The position numbers were made by a program, and so were the translations under genes. A DNA stretch of 58,774 nt, filler included, from Bipalium vagum (taxonomy: Eukaryota): the NCBI GenBank assembly GCA_037834085.1. It is 2 parts of 2 records of this genome, joined end to end, with 100 filler letters (N's around TTAATTAATTAA, not from the genome) between each part and the next. Parts side by side here need not be neighbours in the genome. Positions count along the whole stretch, not along the records: positions 1 to 29,384 come from JBBMKC010026773.1; 1 more part is not named here. The stretch is one strand, 5' to 3'. The notes beneath the pieces are model-generated. The model did no database searches, was not told the origin of the DNA, and saw only the letters and a program-made list of their open reading frames with translations. Below, one piece after another: positions 1-12,668 of the stretch; within the stretch, counting starts at the first letter, position 1, and each line of letters begins with the position of its first letter.

Positions 1-439
1 GTTATAATTAGAAAGACTATTGATTTGAGAACTTTTTATAATTTAAAACATGGATTTAAATCTGTATCTTTTATTAAAATTTTTTTAAATTTAATTTTTT
101 GAATAATATAAATATAAGTATTTACTAATGGGCTATATGAAAAAATCTTGGAATGCTGCATTTGATTTATTTTTATAACTATAAATTATATGTAGTTTTA
201 AAAATTCATTATTTATTGTATTAGCTCATAAAATGTCAAGATCATTTTTCAAATTAATTCTAACTTAATGCAGTTTGAAATTTACGTACTTCTCGAAAGA
301 AAAAACCCGATCATTTAGCTGTGATCAATATTTTTGTGGAAAAAGGATTGAAAGGTTATACAAATCTATAATGAAATGGTAAAAATAGCAAATGAATATA
401 TATACAAAAGCTTTTTTGATCAATTCTATGAAAACATTC

Positions 440-612
440 TTGAGAAAAGATCTGATGAAGCTATAGCAGCTGCAAATGAGTATTTTGAAAGGCTTGCGGA
501 AAATCATTTTCGGGATTGTATAAATAAATTGAAGATTATTTTAATGAATAAATTTTTGTGACTTATAAAGTTCTTTTTTATTTTCGTTCATGAAATTTTC
601 AAGTAGCCTAAT
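440..612 (+). mobile_element. mariner transposase 3' remnant (irritans-like)
   Basis: ORF 376-561 contains DEAIAAANEYFERLAENHFRDCINKL, resembling the mariner C-terminal EEV....YF.....F..GI..L segment; it also resembles the relic at 29206-29384. Confidence 0.55.
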
Positions 613-2514
613 AAACATAAATTTCATCTATATTAAAATTTTCTTCTGTTTCCTTTTATTAATTTTTAATTACTTTTTAGTTAAAATATTCCAAGAAAAT
701 TATAAGATATTATTTAACTACAAAATTTTAAAAAATTAAAAATAATAACTAAAGTCAATTATTATAATTAATGATGAAATATTTTTAAAAAAAAAAGAAT
801 AAAAAAGTTAACATCAAAGATTAAATTAATAATCAATAATTAATTAAACTAAAATGAAAAGTAATTAATTAATTATCAAACAATATATTAAATATATAAC
901 AAAAATTTTATAATTAAAAAAAATAATTGATGTAATAAAAAATTATTAATTATTTCTAATCCTTTTATATTTCAACGAAACCAAGAAATAATTTTCTTAA
1001 AAATCTTGATGTCTGAAGATTAATATAATAACAAAATCCTAAATTTTAATCTATTTCATTTTAATATTTTTATTTTAAAAAAATAATAGTAAAAAAATAA
1101 AATTATCAAAATTTTAAAATTAAATTTAAACTAATATTTTAAAATAATATTTTTTTTAGTATTTTTTGATATTTAACTTAAACAAACAAACAAAAATTTA
1201 ATAAATATTATATAAATATTATATATATTAAATAAAAATTATTATTTATATTCATTTAAAATCGATGAATTAATAAAAAATTTCAAAAATATATTTTAAC
1301 GATTTCTGTGATATGAAGATAGATTTTATTTTATTTAAAAATAGATTAATTTAAAAGCTGTCACACTCCTTTTAAACCTGAATTTTGTAAAGCCACTTAT
1401 GCGTATGGTGTTATGTCATTTAATATAATTCTGTCTTGTAGGATCTTCCGGATAGTCAGACTGAAATGTCAGAAGAAATTGAAGAGATTTATTTAGACTG
1501 AAAATCACACATTCCACAATATCTCGTTTCGACTTCAAAATAGCTTTCATCGTTTTACAAACAGTTACGACATTATTGCTTTTATTATATGAGAAATATT
1601 GTCAATTCACATTGTCTTTGTAAAAGACTCAACGTTCAATTTCAGCTTTTCCGATGATGATGATGATGATGATGATTTCTATCTTTCCCATGACCTTGAT
1701 GACAATATTTTTGATGACAAATATTACATTTCCCTTTTCAGTGGCTGTTTGAAATCATCTCATCGATTAAAAGACCTGTCAAACGTTTCATCGCCGAGGC
1801 TCTGTGAAAGAAGATTTCGAACAATTCTCAATATCTCTTTTAACATTTCTTTCTGTGAAGCTGGTATTACAATGAATAAAGGAAATAGATCCTAAAATTT
1901 AATGTGTGAAGAAAGGCATTAAACTCCCTCAGAGAAAATGGAAGCTTGCGTGATTGGAATCGAATTCCTTAGAATGTCACATTGGCTAAAGAAAGCTGAG
2001 GAAATAAAAAGGAAAAACGATTTGAAACGATACGGAATAAAATATTGTGAAGTGTCAATATTAGACAGTAAATATTTTTCAGAAATATTTAAATGAATAA
2101 AATAATTTGTTTTGTTTTAATGATATAAAAAGATTTAATTATTATTAATATTTTATGAAAAATCCATTAAAAAAATCAAAAATAAATACGTTGAAAATAA
2201 TATAAATAACTGTTTTAATCCTTTTGTTATTGCAAACATTGGAAAATATTTTTGAATATAAAAAGAAGAATTATAAATATTTCTACTTATTCGTAATCAT
2301 ATAATATTTCAAGGTCGACATTGTTATACAAATAAAAAATGATGTATACAAATTCACATAAAAAAAGTTCTTGCTGATTTTTTTTCTAATTCCTTTTTAT
2401 TGATCAACTCATCCCAAAAAATATCAAAATAAAATCTACTCAAAATAATATAATATTCTTAACAGTTTCTTAGATATATCTATTGAAATATCAATTATTG
2501 ACGGTTGATTATAC

Positions 2515-2620
2515 CTGGCATATTGTCCTTTGAAATTTTCTTCGTAGCTAGACTCACTGAAAGCGGAATCAGGAACAAAGTCTTTATTCTCTAACAGTTT
2601 TTGGTTACATTCTGGTGTAT
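2515..2620 (-). CDS. Internal exon encoding the start of a discoidin (F5/8 type C) domain; DDR-like receptor gene
   Basis: Minus-strand acceptor ttttctctcattcag, 106-nt exon, donor GCCAG|gtataa; phase 1 to phase 2. Translates to TPECNQKLLENKDFVPDSAFSESSYEENFKGQYAR, matching the C...L.....(I/V)PDS..S.SS......AR pattern that opens DDR discoidin domains. Flanking exons not located. Confidence 0.7.
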
Positions 2621-5600
2621 CTGAATGAGAGAAAATGAAGAATTAATTATATTTCAATCATCCATATACATATTTTGCCTGTTCTCCCACAGAATGCGAA
2701 ATTTCAAATATAACAATATGTTCCATTAAAAATATATTATATTTATTAATAATGAAATTATTATTATTATTAATCAATTTATTATTAATCATAATAATAA
2801 TAAAATTTATAATAAAAAAATTTTGATTTCTTTCTTTTCTTCATTTTAAATATAATAAAACCATTGATTAATTTAATTGATTTAATTTACTGTCGTTAAA
2901 ATGAAATGTTTTAATTAATCAATATACTGACTGTATAAAAACTGAGGAAATAAGACTGTTATCTGTCAATTTTGTATGAAAATATAATTTATTTAAATTT
3001 TTATATATATTTAGAAATTACATAAAAGCAATTTTGTTTAAATGAATAACTGATGAAAAAATGTTAAATTTAAATATGAGTTTCGATTTGAAAGTTGATT
3101 AAATGTATTGTTATTATGGAAATAGAAATTCCCCTAAAGCTGCAATAAAGACTTCACAACAGTTTATTATTGGTTTGGCGGTAAAGATCGACTTGAAATG
3201 GAAAAATGAATAAACGAATAATGTTCCTGTTTTGCTACAAAAGAGCTGCAAACTTCATTATTGTTCATCCCACAAACAATTGAGTTAATTTTATCGGTTA
3301 AAGGAATTCATTTCGAGAACATAATATAGGGAAAACTACTGTATTTCATTTATTAAATATGGTATGTCATTAATGATATAAGTTTTTGTCCATTTCGTAC
3401 CTCATTCCTCTTTTCCTCATTTTTCATACAATCCGTATTTCATAACTTTATATAAATTATATTTAACAAAAACCATTAAAATAATTAATTAATTAATTTA
3501 ATCACAAGAATAATTCATATTTAATCGCATTTTCAAGAGAGTTATTGAAATAATTTTCTTTTTGTTTTGTTTTAACTAAAAGCAAAACAACTGTTAAACT
3601 GTGTAGATGATATGAATACACAAGAGAAAAGAAAAAACTGAAAGAAATAATTGAGAAAGAAATCAATTGTTTAAAGAAATTTTTAATTTAACGTGGAAAT
3701 GACTTGCCTGGCTATTTTAGGAAGAGAAATTGTTCAACTTTATTTATTTATATTTAGACAAATGATCCATTAAATCATCGTTTGAAGAGAACCTTGAAAA
3801 ATATCCTCCACTTCAATGTTAGACAAAGTCGATGTATCTATTAAGCTGGCAACCATTAATTTTTCTGTCAATCCCCAACTCTTAAACCTAATTAATGTTT
3901 TTATGAAATGTATTTCATATAGAAAAAGTGTGGATTAAATCTGATTTTATATGTGAATCTAATCAGATAAAAATAAGTCATAAAAACTGTCAAAATCCAA
4001 AAATCTTTACTTTTCTGGAGTTTACAACTCATGGCTGCAGAAGCAAGCCTCAGCCCGGGAGGAGCAGTGAAGATCATTATTTATGAAATTAATCACATAT
4101 CATACTACTCATATCAGATAAGTGAGCTCCTAGGAATGGAACCCATTTTAGTTATTTATTTATTTATATATTTATTTATTTTCCAATGAAATATCGATTA
4201 GAATATTCGACTATTTCGTTATTAAATATTTCAACAGTTGTTTTCAAAAAGAACGATTTTAATTAACTATTTAATTAACAAAATTCTCAAACCTAAATTA
4301 CTTTTTCAATTAATAAATATGTAAAACAGATGCACCCTAACAGAAATAATGAATTTTGGAGCAAGAAATTTGTTAAAATTAGTTTATCAATTTTTCAAAC
4401 TCTTTTTAATAATAATAATAAAATCAATTTTATTTATATGACAATGAAAAATATAAATAATAAAATTGACATAATATGTCCAAATCTTCTTTATTTTCTA
4501 AGACAAAAATAATTACCAAATGTTGAAGAGTGAAATTAATTTCCTTCCGTTTTTATATTAACATTTCTTAATAATTTATAAAAATTACAATAATAATAAT
4601 AATAACAATAGTAATAATAATTATTAATTATTAATAATAATTAATAATAATAATTGAAAATAATAATAATAAGCATAATAATTAAAAATAATAATAATAT
4701 TAATTATTAATAATTAATAATTAATAAAAATAAAAATAATAACTGTATTATAATTATTATTGCTGTAAACAGAAACCTATAATTATATGTTTGTAAATTA
4801 AAAATATGAATATTATATTATCGTCTCATAGAAAAAAAAAATTTAATTATTATTCTTTTTTTTACCAATATAAATTGAGAATATCAATTTTCAATTTTAT
4901 TATTTTAATTATTTGATTATTTCAATTAATAGTTGAATATATTTTTTGTATTTTGTTTATATTATTATTATTATTATTAATTAAAACAATTATAACAAAT
5001 TAACCAATTTTTTATATATTTGAAAAAACTTACAATTTTAATGTAAGGTCTTAAATATTAATATTGATATGAAATAAAATTCCGGGGACTTTTTAAATAT
5101 ATTTGGAAAATATATTTTAAAAATTAATTCAACAATTTTATAATAATAAAAAAATGCAAAAGTTATAATAATATTTTCTGAAAATTGAGATTTATATTTT
5201 AAATCGATTTTGGACCGCAGTGAATGGAGATTTATTTGCGAGATATTCTTATTTTATGCATAAAAGTTTTAATAATTATTTATATTTCCAACAACAATAA
5301 ACCTTTCTATATTTGTAAATATATGTCCTGTTCCCCATGTAAAATAAAAGAAAAAATATGGTAGACACTTCCAGACAAAATGTGTTATTTTTTATTGTAC
5401 TATTTTGCACTCCTTTGGATATGTGAACAATGTTTCTGGTGAATAACATGGATATTTTTATTATTTATTTTATTATCATTGGCTTTTTAATATGATATAT
5501 TTTCGTCAATCTTTAAGAAGGATGGTGGAAATATTAATATCTTCTCAAACTATATACCCTTTGTGAACATGAAATTAAACAATAAAACCCTTGGGGATCG

Positions 5601-7296
5601 ACCCAAAGAGTCACAGTCGAGATTATAATCCTTATGAAATATAAAATAAATTGTGAAAAATTAATACCAATCCAAATAAAGTTAATTAAATTAATTATTT
5701 TTCTTCTGTTGAAGTCCAAATGTCTTATTAATTTGTTAGGAGAAAGGGGTATCCAAAAAGACAGGAAAACTTGTTGTCTGCCCTGTGGACTTAAATGAGC
5801 TTTGCGGATCTAGTGACGCAAAGTTTTTCAATGATTATGTTTCATTACAAAAGGCTTCTTTCCATAAGATAACGTTTACCAAGAGTACTTAGCTTTCACC
5901 CAATTATCAGGCTGCATCCTGTGATTTTTGACGGTCTTCGTCTACAGCAGCATCATATGCTGGAATTGCCCATCAAAGTAACATATTTCTACAGATTCAC
6001 TGTTAATTAGAGGATGTCGTGCAAACTATGTGGCTCGCATAATAAGCCTACATTTCTCTTCGACAATACTAAACCAGCAGATAGAAACTCTTTAGAAGTC
6101 GAAAATCTTGACCTTGTGCAGGAACGTTTTTGTCACAACTCGAAACAGCCTTAAGATGTCCTTTCTGAAACAACCCAGCACTTCGCTACATCTTTTCTAA
6201 CTGATTTTCAACATTTTTATTATAAAATCAGTTATTTCTTAATTTCATCGATTCATTAAACACCTCTCTCTAGAAAATCTCTTGCATTTTTCCTTTATCA
6301 ATGTTACCTAGCGTTCAAATGACTTACATTTTCCTTCATTCTTGATATGGGGTTTCTTGGGGTAATTGCCCTTACAGTCGTGCATGGGCAATGTCGAGAA
6401 GGGATCTCAAGTTGCGTGACTCACGTTGGCAGAAGATTACCAACACATGTATTATAAAGGCAATTGTGGGTTTAGAATTCGCTCAGTCGAGATCCACTCA
6501 GTTCGATCATACAGAGGTTCACATTCAATATTTGTTTTCCCAATGAAACAGTCAAGTTCAATTTGAGCCATTATTGAGATAGTCCAGTCCTCTTCAAAAC
6601 CATTTGCAAATACTTACAGTATGATTAATATAAGAAAAGCTCAATAACATAACAATTGAATTAATCTTTCCTTTTTGGAAATTAAAAACTGTTATGACTC
6701 TTTTGACAAGGTTCAGTACAGGCTAGATCGAAAAATATGAAGATCCGAAATGTACGAGTGATTTTTTTGATAGAAAATAACGGCCAAAAAGAATCATAAT
6801 CAATTGTGTTACATATTCCATATATATGGATCATAAACCGGGCTGAGAAGTGAACCGACAGTGATTTAAAGCACCATCATTGAATGGAATATTTTGAAAA
6901 GAATATTATTTTTTTTATTAATAAGAAAAAAATATTTATTATTCTTCTCTATTGATAATTGGAAGATTAGAAAGGAAATTATTTAGTTCACGGAAATTGA
7001 CTTTACCGTTTCAGTTTAGTACAGTCTTTTAAGGAAGAAAACCAGAAATATTTCTTTGGAAAGAAAACGTGATAAAAGGTAACAGAGAGAGAATGTGATT
7101 TTTAATTTATTTTTCCAAACAATAATATTAATAAAATGCGTTGTTGGGTTCTCTTTTAAAGACTAAAACTCTTTACGTTTTGTTTAAATTTAACTATCAA
7201 AAATTCGATTTTTATTTTAATGATATTCTCACTTTATTTTAAATGACATTGGAAATAAGATTGAAATTTATTTATTTTTTCATTTTCACTCATATA

Positions 7297-8566
7297 CATG
7301 GTGTAGATAAAAAGGACACTAAGATTTCAATTTTTAATTACAGATAAACTATATATGGTCATCTCCAAACTCTACAACCAATGTAATATTTATTTATTAA
7401 ATTTAATTGTGTTCAATATTTGTACCGGTTAATTCAATATAAAGTTTCAAATGTTTTTGAAAAGAAACAGCCTTTGAACATTTTGAAGGAGTAATTTTTT
7501 GTTGAATCATCAATAATTAAATTCACAATCTTTGGATAGTTCTGGGCTTTCTTGAGTACACCAAGTTTTAAGAAAACAAAAAATTCGAAGGGAGTAAATC
7601 TCTTGACCTATCAGCCCAAATCATTGGTCAGCATTCTTCGAACTATCTTCCTGGAAATAATTGGTCTAAGAAACTACTGGAAATTCTAGTATAATGAGTT
7701 TGTGTGCCTTCTTGCTGGAATCTTGTGTTTAAACTATATTTTTTATGTAAGGTGGGTAAAAAAACAAAGTTTTAACATTTCCTTATAATTATCACCATTT
7801 ATGTTTTCGCTGAAAAAGAATGGACCACAAAAACGTGTTTGAGAAATCCATCACCAGAATTTTTTTCTTGATTGAAATTTTTGAATGGTTTAGATTTCTC
7901 CGCACCTCAAATTCGACAGTTATGACGATTAATGGAACCGTCAAGACTAAAAATTGCTTCTTTAAGAAAAAATTATATTTTGCATAAAGCTGCAATCATT
8001 TTTGATTTTTTCCAACAATTCCTCACACATGCTTATCCCTGATGATTGGTGTTCTTCATTAAGTTTTTCTGTTAATTGAATTTAAGAATACATATCAAAG
8101 TCACATAGCAACACTTTTTCAATATGAGTATGCGATATTTGGAGTTCTTTGGCAACTAGTGTGAGTGAAGTTGTTGGATTTCCTGTGAAATGTTCTGCAA
8201 TTTTACCCTTCTTTGTCAGGTCCATAGAAGGTCTGTGATGTTAGGGAATTATGAACAATTCCAATTTCAATAAAATTTTGATAAACATTCCTAATTGTAC
8301 TGTCCATATGGATTACTTTTCGTTTTCTTGTTTCTAACTCTCTTCTGACTAAGGTAATTAATTCCAATTTGACCATGAAAGAACAATTTCCATACCTTCA
8401 ATAACACACATTGCCAGATTGTTGCAAACACCTAAAGACAAAATATATAACAAAAAATCAAAATAAATAAAAAAAGGTTTAAATGCTTTTAGTATTGTTG
8501 GGTTATCATGTTCAATTTCAGTGTAATTAAAGATTAAAATCCTTGTGTTACTTTATCTACACTTCG
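7297..8566 (-). mobile_element. rosa-type (DD41D) Tc1/mariner element, degenerate, with TIRs
   Basis: TA-flanked ends CATGGTGTAGATAAAAAGGACAC and (revcomp) CGAAGTGTAGATAAAGTAACAC. Minus frame FQQEGTQTHY...FLDQLFPGR*...WADRSRDLLPSNF has exactly 41 codons between the second and third catalytic positions. Confidence 0.8.
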
Positions 8567-9077
8567 TACATATGTAAATAAAAGTAAAGTGTTTTGAAAG
8601 TGACAATGAAGTAATGTGAACTTTTCACAAAAATAACTTTTAATAAATAATACTTCTTCTACCAATTCGTTATACTTGATCCTAGATTTCTCTAAGAGGC
8701 TTATTCCATTTTGAAGTGTGGTTTTGGTACTTTTAATGAAGGATTAAACCAGAAAAAGCAAAAGATAAGCTTCACTGTCAGCTAAATCCAGTAAATATAG
8801 TCATTGTTTAAGCGATCTATACTTTAACTCTTTGAATTTGGTCGTTATAAAAAGTGAAGTTGCGGATTATCTAGTTCAAAAAAGGAGATTTCCCAATTTC
8901 TTGAATTTTTTTCATCCAACATATTTAATAATATTTTGAATTTTGTTCATATTAATTTTTACGAATGACATTGTATAAGATAAAAGATGATTTAGAAAAA
9001 TAGTTACCCCTTCATGTATGTCATGTTCAAATAACTTGTTTGGAAACTATATAAAGCTCAACAAATAAATAAGTAAT

Positions 9078-9612
9078 ATTAGAGGTATACATAAGTTCAC
9101 ATTACTGATATATATATGGATTTTAAGTAATATTAATAATAATTTAACATATAAAAATTTATATTTTGTATAAGTAAGTCAATATTGATTATGTTTATAG
9201 CATTAATTTGATAATTAATTTAAATTAATCAATTCATTTCCAGAAGTTATAATGAAAGTAGATAAAATACATATACGCCACTGCATGTTGTTTTTGTGTA
9301 ATTAGAATAAAACATCAGCCAAAGCAACTCAGATCATTTTCAATACATATGTTGATGGAGTAGTAGCCGAGAGCTCATATGGCCATTGGTTTCGACGCTT
9401 CAAAAGTCGTGATTTGATATAAAAGCTAAAACGATTTTTTGACGATCTCACGAGATGATATCGGATGGCTTGGAAACACTTTTGAAAGAGGATTCTACTC
9501 AATCGAGTTAGAATTGGCAAGAAGGTTACATGTTAACCAGAGCACCATAATTCGACGGTTACATCAGTTGAGGAAAAAATTGTATAGAAGGAAGATGGGT
9601 TCCCCATGATTT
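9078..9612 (+). mobile_element. mariner 5' remnant (N-terminal HTH to WVPH)
   Basis: From ATG 9252: MKVDKIHIRHCMLFL...WFRRFKS, later GRWVPHDL; stops and frameshifts; truncated. Confidence 0.8.
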
Positions 9613-10894
9613 ATTATTTGACATTATTATTATCATTATTTTATTATATTAATATTAATATTATCATTACATGTCATTATGTACATAGGAGCTTTATCGT
9701 CTCATTATTATTGATTTCTGCAGAAACCTTTACAATTCTCTTATTGAACAAGTCACACTGACAAGCTCCATCTGTGTATTACCTAATGAATACCAACTGC
9801 CAATGCTACAAAACACTTCCGTCTTTTAAAAAAGAGAAAATTAAAACAAAGTCTGTAAATTAATTTGGCAGTAAATAAGCATAGGTTATATCGAAAATTT
9901 ATACTTTATCCTCTCACAATAAAAAAATATTTCCATTGACATTAATAATTTCATTACCAATTATCAGTATGTAATTGAAAGTCTGCTTTCATTGCTTATT
10001 TTATGAGAAACAAGAGAGTTTATTTTAAGTTGAAAAGATATTTTTTATTTTTATCATTTCTCTAATTACTTTGCTATCGTTGAAATAATGCCCGGATGAT
10101 GCGCAGCTGCTCTGGTACATATCAGTCGATGGAGATCAGCCATCCACTAGCTTAGAGCTATTAAATTCATTTCTTTTAATAATTTCTTGTTTAATAATGT
10201 TTTATCTTGGTTTTTCTGGAGAAATAAAACGATTATCTTTTCCACAAATTTCGTTTATCATCGGTTTTTCAACAGAAAACGAAATGAGAATTGTTCAACA
10301 GTCATTAATCGTAAAAAGACGTTTTATTCAATTTTGCATCAAGACTCAATTATCCATAGCTCCTCTTTTCAACGGTGAATTAATATTTCTCATTCAATAT
10401 ATTAAATGAATTAATTAAAACAATTTATTCTTATGTATCAACATTATTTCGTCGCCGATTTTCATTATGTGAGAGATCGATGTCTTGCATTCAATTAGGC
10501 TTTGGTTTGAACATGTTTTGATAATTTTATTAATTAATTCCATTGACTTATTGATTTGTTTTGTCTTAGGTATTTTAGGCTTGCATTTCACGCTTTCATT
10601 CATCCCTAAACGAGTATAATGTTTTTGCAAGACTTGTCGATCCATGTGAGGTTTAATTTGAAGAAAATTAGACTTTTTAATTAAACAATAACAATTGCCT
10701 CTAATTAATTTAAGTTCACTGACTTCATATTAATTTAATTTAATATTCTCCACTTTTATTGGATAAAATTTATATTTTAGAAATTTATTAAATTAGAAAT
10801 TTTCACTGAAGATTTTATAATTTGATAATATTGGTAATGTAAAATATTAATTTTAAAGGGTGATTTATTACAATTTATAATATTTTTTTAACAT

Positions 10895-11330
10895 ACAGAG
10901 CAAAATATACTTATCCCCAAAAAAGTGTCATAGATTATAAAACGAGATTTCCACGAAAAAACTGTATTAGTCATCATATAAACACTTAGTTTTTTACAAT
11001 TAATAACTATTATGGCCTCCTCTTTTGTCAATACATTTCTGGAATCTTCTCCCAATGCTTAAAATAATATCTTGATAATTCTCCTGTGATATCAGTACAT
11101 ATTTGTCTATTGAACTTTTGGCCATTTTTTCTATTGTAGTTACTATATGATTATAATTTTGTTTAACACGTCAACCAAAACCATCACAAGCATGTTTCAT
11201 AGGCAACATATCAGAAGATCATGCTGACCATGGAAGAACTAGTTACATTTCTGACACACAAGGCATCAGTCAATATTTTTGCAGTGTGTAGCCTTTCATT
11301 ATCATGCTACAGCAAAAGATTGTGTTGGAA
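10895..11330 (-). mobile_element. Tc1 3' remnant
   Basis: Minus strand HDNERLHTAK, LPWSA*SSDMLPMKH and RRFQKCIDKRGGH are degenerate QDNARPHTA, WPARSPDLSPIEH and C-terminal motifs. Confidence 0.7.
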
Positions 11331-11489
11331 TCAGTCACATTAATCAGACGGTATTTAAAACACTTGAAATGGAAAAAGATTAATACAACGAGTACAATGA
11401 GGACAATGAGAAAGATATTTTTAAAATTCAGAGACTACGAGAGTTTGTAATCTTTGAAAGTCAAACACTTGAATATAAGAAATATGTGA

Positions 11490-11805
11490 AATAAAGATCA
11501 CCTGATTTCTTCCTTTGAGGATATCTGGAGACAGGTACATAGAAGAAAACTAAAATATATCAAAGACCTGAAAGATATTATTCAAATGAAGGCAGCCAGA
11601 AAATCACCAGGAATGTGTCAAAGCGTTATGAATGACTCTTATAATCGCCCACTTAAGTGTATTAAAATTAATTGTCATTCTGTAGAAGAATATTAAATTT
11701 TAGTAAATAAATGTTAGCATGTCAAATTTTTTCAGTCTTTTATTAATATATTTGGCGGTATAACATTTTAAGATGGAATACTTATTTTGTACATATCCAG
11801 CGTGT
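11490..11805 (+). mobile_element. rosa/maT-like 3' remnant
   Basis: SPDFFL*GYL motif (degenerate DFFLWGYL) followed by a TIR-like end ...cagcgtg|ta. Confidence 0.55.
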
Positions 11806-12629
11806 ATTATAATTAAATGAAAAATTGAATAAACATTTTTTGTACTACGAGAAAAAATCAAAATGATTTCATACAAAATTATATTAAACTCGGTTGACTG
11901 TTAAAAAAAAAGAAAATAATTTATTAAACATTGTTTCCCCACAAAATCCTCCCACACTGTTATATTAATTACAATGAATCCATACGAAACGTTAACAGAA
12001 ATGTTAATATTGTAATATATGGGGAAAGCGAAGGTTAGAAATACGGTTGGAATATCAGTCCAGAAAAAGAATACTAAAGGAAAAATTAATAACAATACGA
12101 GGTTTACTTCACAAAGTCCCATCTCTGCCGATTCACATTTCCGACAAGTCCTGCTTTGAGCTCAACTTCCCATTGTATCAATTTATAACATGTGAAACTT
12201 GCAGGGTTGAATAAAATTATTATTAATTATAACATCAAAGATGCAATAAATGAATGAAGAAAAAATAATTTGTTTTTTTTCCATTTCAAATGAAATATTT
12301 CACCATATGCATTTATTTTCATATTTTATTAAATAATAATATTATTTTATATTATTTTTTCAATTTTAAAAAATTATTAAATTTCATTTTTCTGTATTAA
12401 AAAAAGAAAATTTTTGTTTTAATATCAATTCGATATTTTCTACATCAGCGAAAGGCTGAAATCTTCAATATTCTTTGTAGTAAGTACGCGAGATTTTACA
12501 TATTTAATATGAATTCGCGTCTCTGACTGTTATTGATTGTAATTTTATACTAAATTTATTCCATTGACTAATAGAAAATTTTCATATTTTTCGATATTGA
12601 AATAATCTTTTGATAATAAAGGAAAAAAC

Positions 12630-12631
<2 letters not shown>

Positions 12632-12668
<37 letters not shown>
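12632..12668. repeat. (ATT)n microsatellite
   Basis: Directly visible run of about 12 units. Confidence 0.9.

Noticed and set aside
2621-2790. Candidate upstream exon and 49-nt intron for the discoidin exon
   Set aside because: The open upstream frame has the wrong phase; the phase-compatible frame has a TGA and no acceptor.
4030-4150. B-box-like GGTTCCATTCC (minus) suggesting tRNA or SINE
   Set aside because: No A-box, cloverleaf or correctly placed tail.
11901-12122. Hydrophobic 73-aa ORF as the discoidin gene signal-peptide exon
   Set aside because: The donors I checked are phase 0 or 2, not phase 1; hydrophobicity is expected from T-rich DNA.
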